In this document: positions 63,738 to 64,000 of the stretch, piece after piece
How positions within the stretch are numbered: position 1 is the stretch's first letter
Layout of the letters: each line of letters starts with the position of its first letter
DNA from: Octopus sinensis
Taxonomy: Eukaryota
Length of the DNA: 64,000 bases
Reading direction: 5' to 3'
Assembly (NCBI RefSeq): GCF_006345805.1
Contig: NC_043006.1
Location: forward strand, 54,994,001-55,058,000
Made by a program: the position numbers and the translations under genes
The notes under the pieces: model-generated
Told to the model about the DNA's origin: nothing
What the model saw: the letters and a program-made list of their open reading frames with translations, nothing else
Databases searched by the model: none

Positions 63738-64000
63738 GGGTGCAAGAGAGGCTGTGTGCTAAGTAGCTTGCTTACTAGCCACATGGTTCTGGGTTCATTC
63801 CCATTGCGTGGCACCTCAGGCAAGTGTCTTCTACTATAGCCTTGAGTGGATTTGGTAGACGGAAACTGAAAGAAGCCCGTCGTATATATGCATATATACG
63901 CAAGTGTGTCTGTTTGTCCCCCAACATCGCTTGACAACCGATGGTGTGTTTACGTCCCTGTAACAGTAGTTTGGCAAAAAGAGACCGATAGAATAAGCAC
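63738..64000 (+). mobile_element. tRNA-derived SINE (major family), running off the window
   Basis: Same head and body as 1871-2238. Confidence 0.8.

Noticed and set aside
1-64000. CRISPR arrays, rRNA, prokaryotic operons or intact transposase/RT genes
   Set aside because: None seen. The window is spliced eukaryotic DNA and all TE ORFs are truncated or frameshifted.

Overview
AT-rich, repeat-dense eukaryotic genomic DNA. The SINE, LINE and microsatellite make-up suggests an octopus (coleoid cephalopod); this is an inference. Two spliced housekeeping genes lie tail-to-tail. On + is PPM1G (PP2C-gamma): 8 coding exons from 1217 to 27557, with the N-terminal exon(s) upstream of the window. On - is an EB1/MAPRE gene: 7 coding exons from 59169 to 36221, 268 aa, ending in EEY. 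The rest is intronic and intergenic TE debris: tRNA-derived SINEs, RTE/CR1 LINE 3' ends, Tc1/mariner remnants, two internally deleted piggyBac copies, about 10 TTAA-flanked MITEs and two Helitron-type elements. The most striking find is in the first visible PPM1G intron (7.3-8.5 kb). It holds three type-I hammerhead-ribozyme motifs of the Penelope/retrozyme kind. Two form a head-to-head 191-bp palindrome; the third is a minimal, dimer-type variant with a non-canonical core. Other notable items: a ~310-bp near-perfect inverted repeat spanning 4.4 kb in the last EB1 intron, two piggyBac copies at the same TTAA of a host MITE, a fold-back mariner fragment, a Helitron with a perfected terminal hairpin, and a candidate in-frame 81-nt PPM1G cassette exon. 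All alignments and folds were done by eye.
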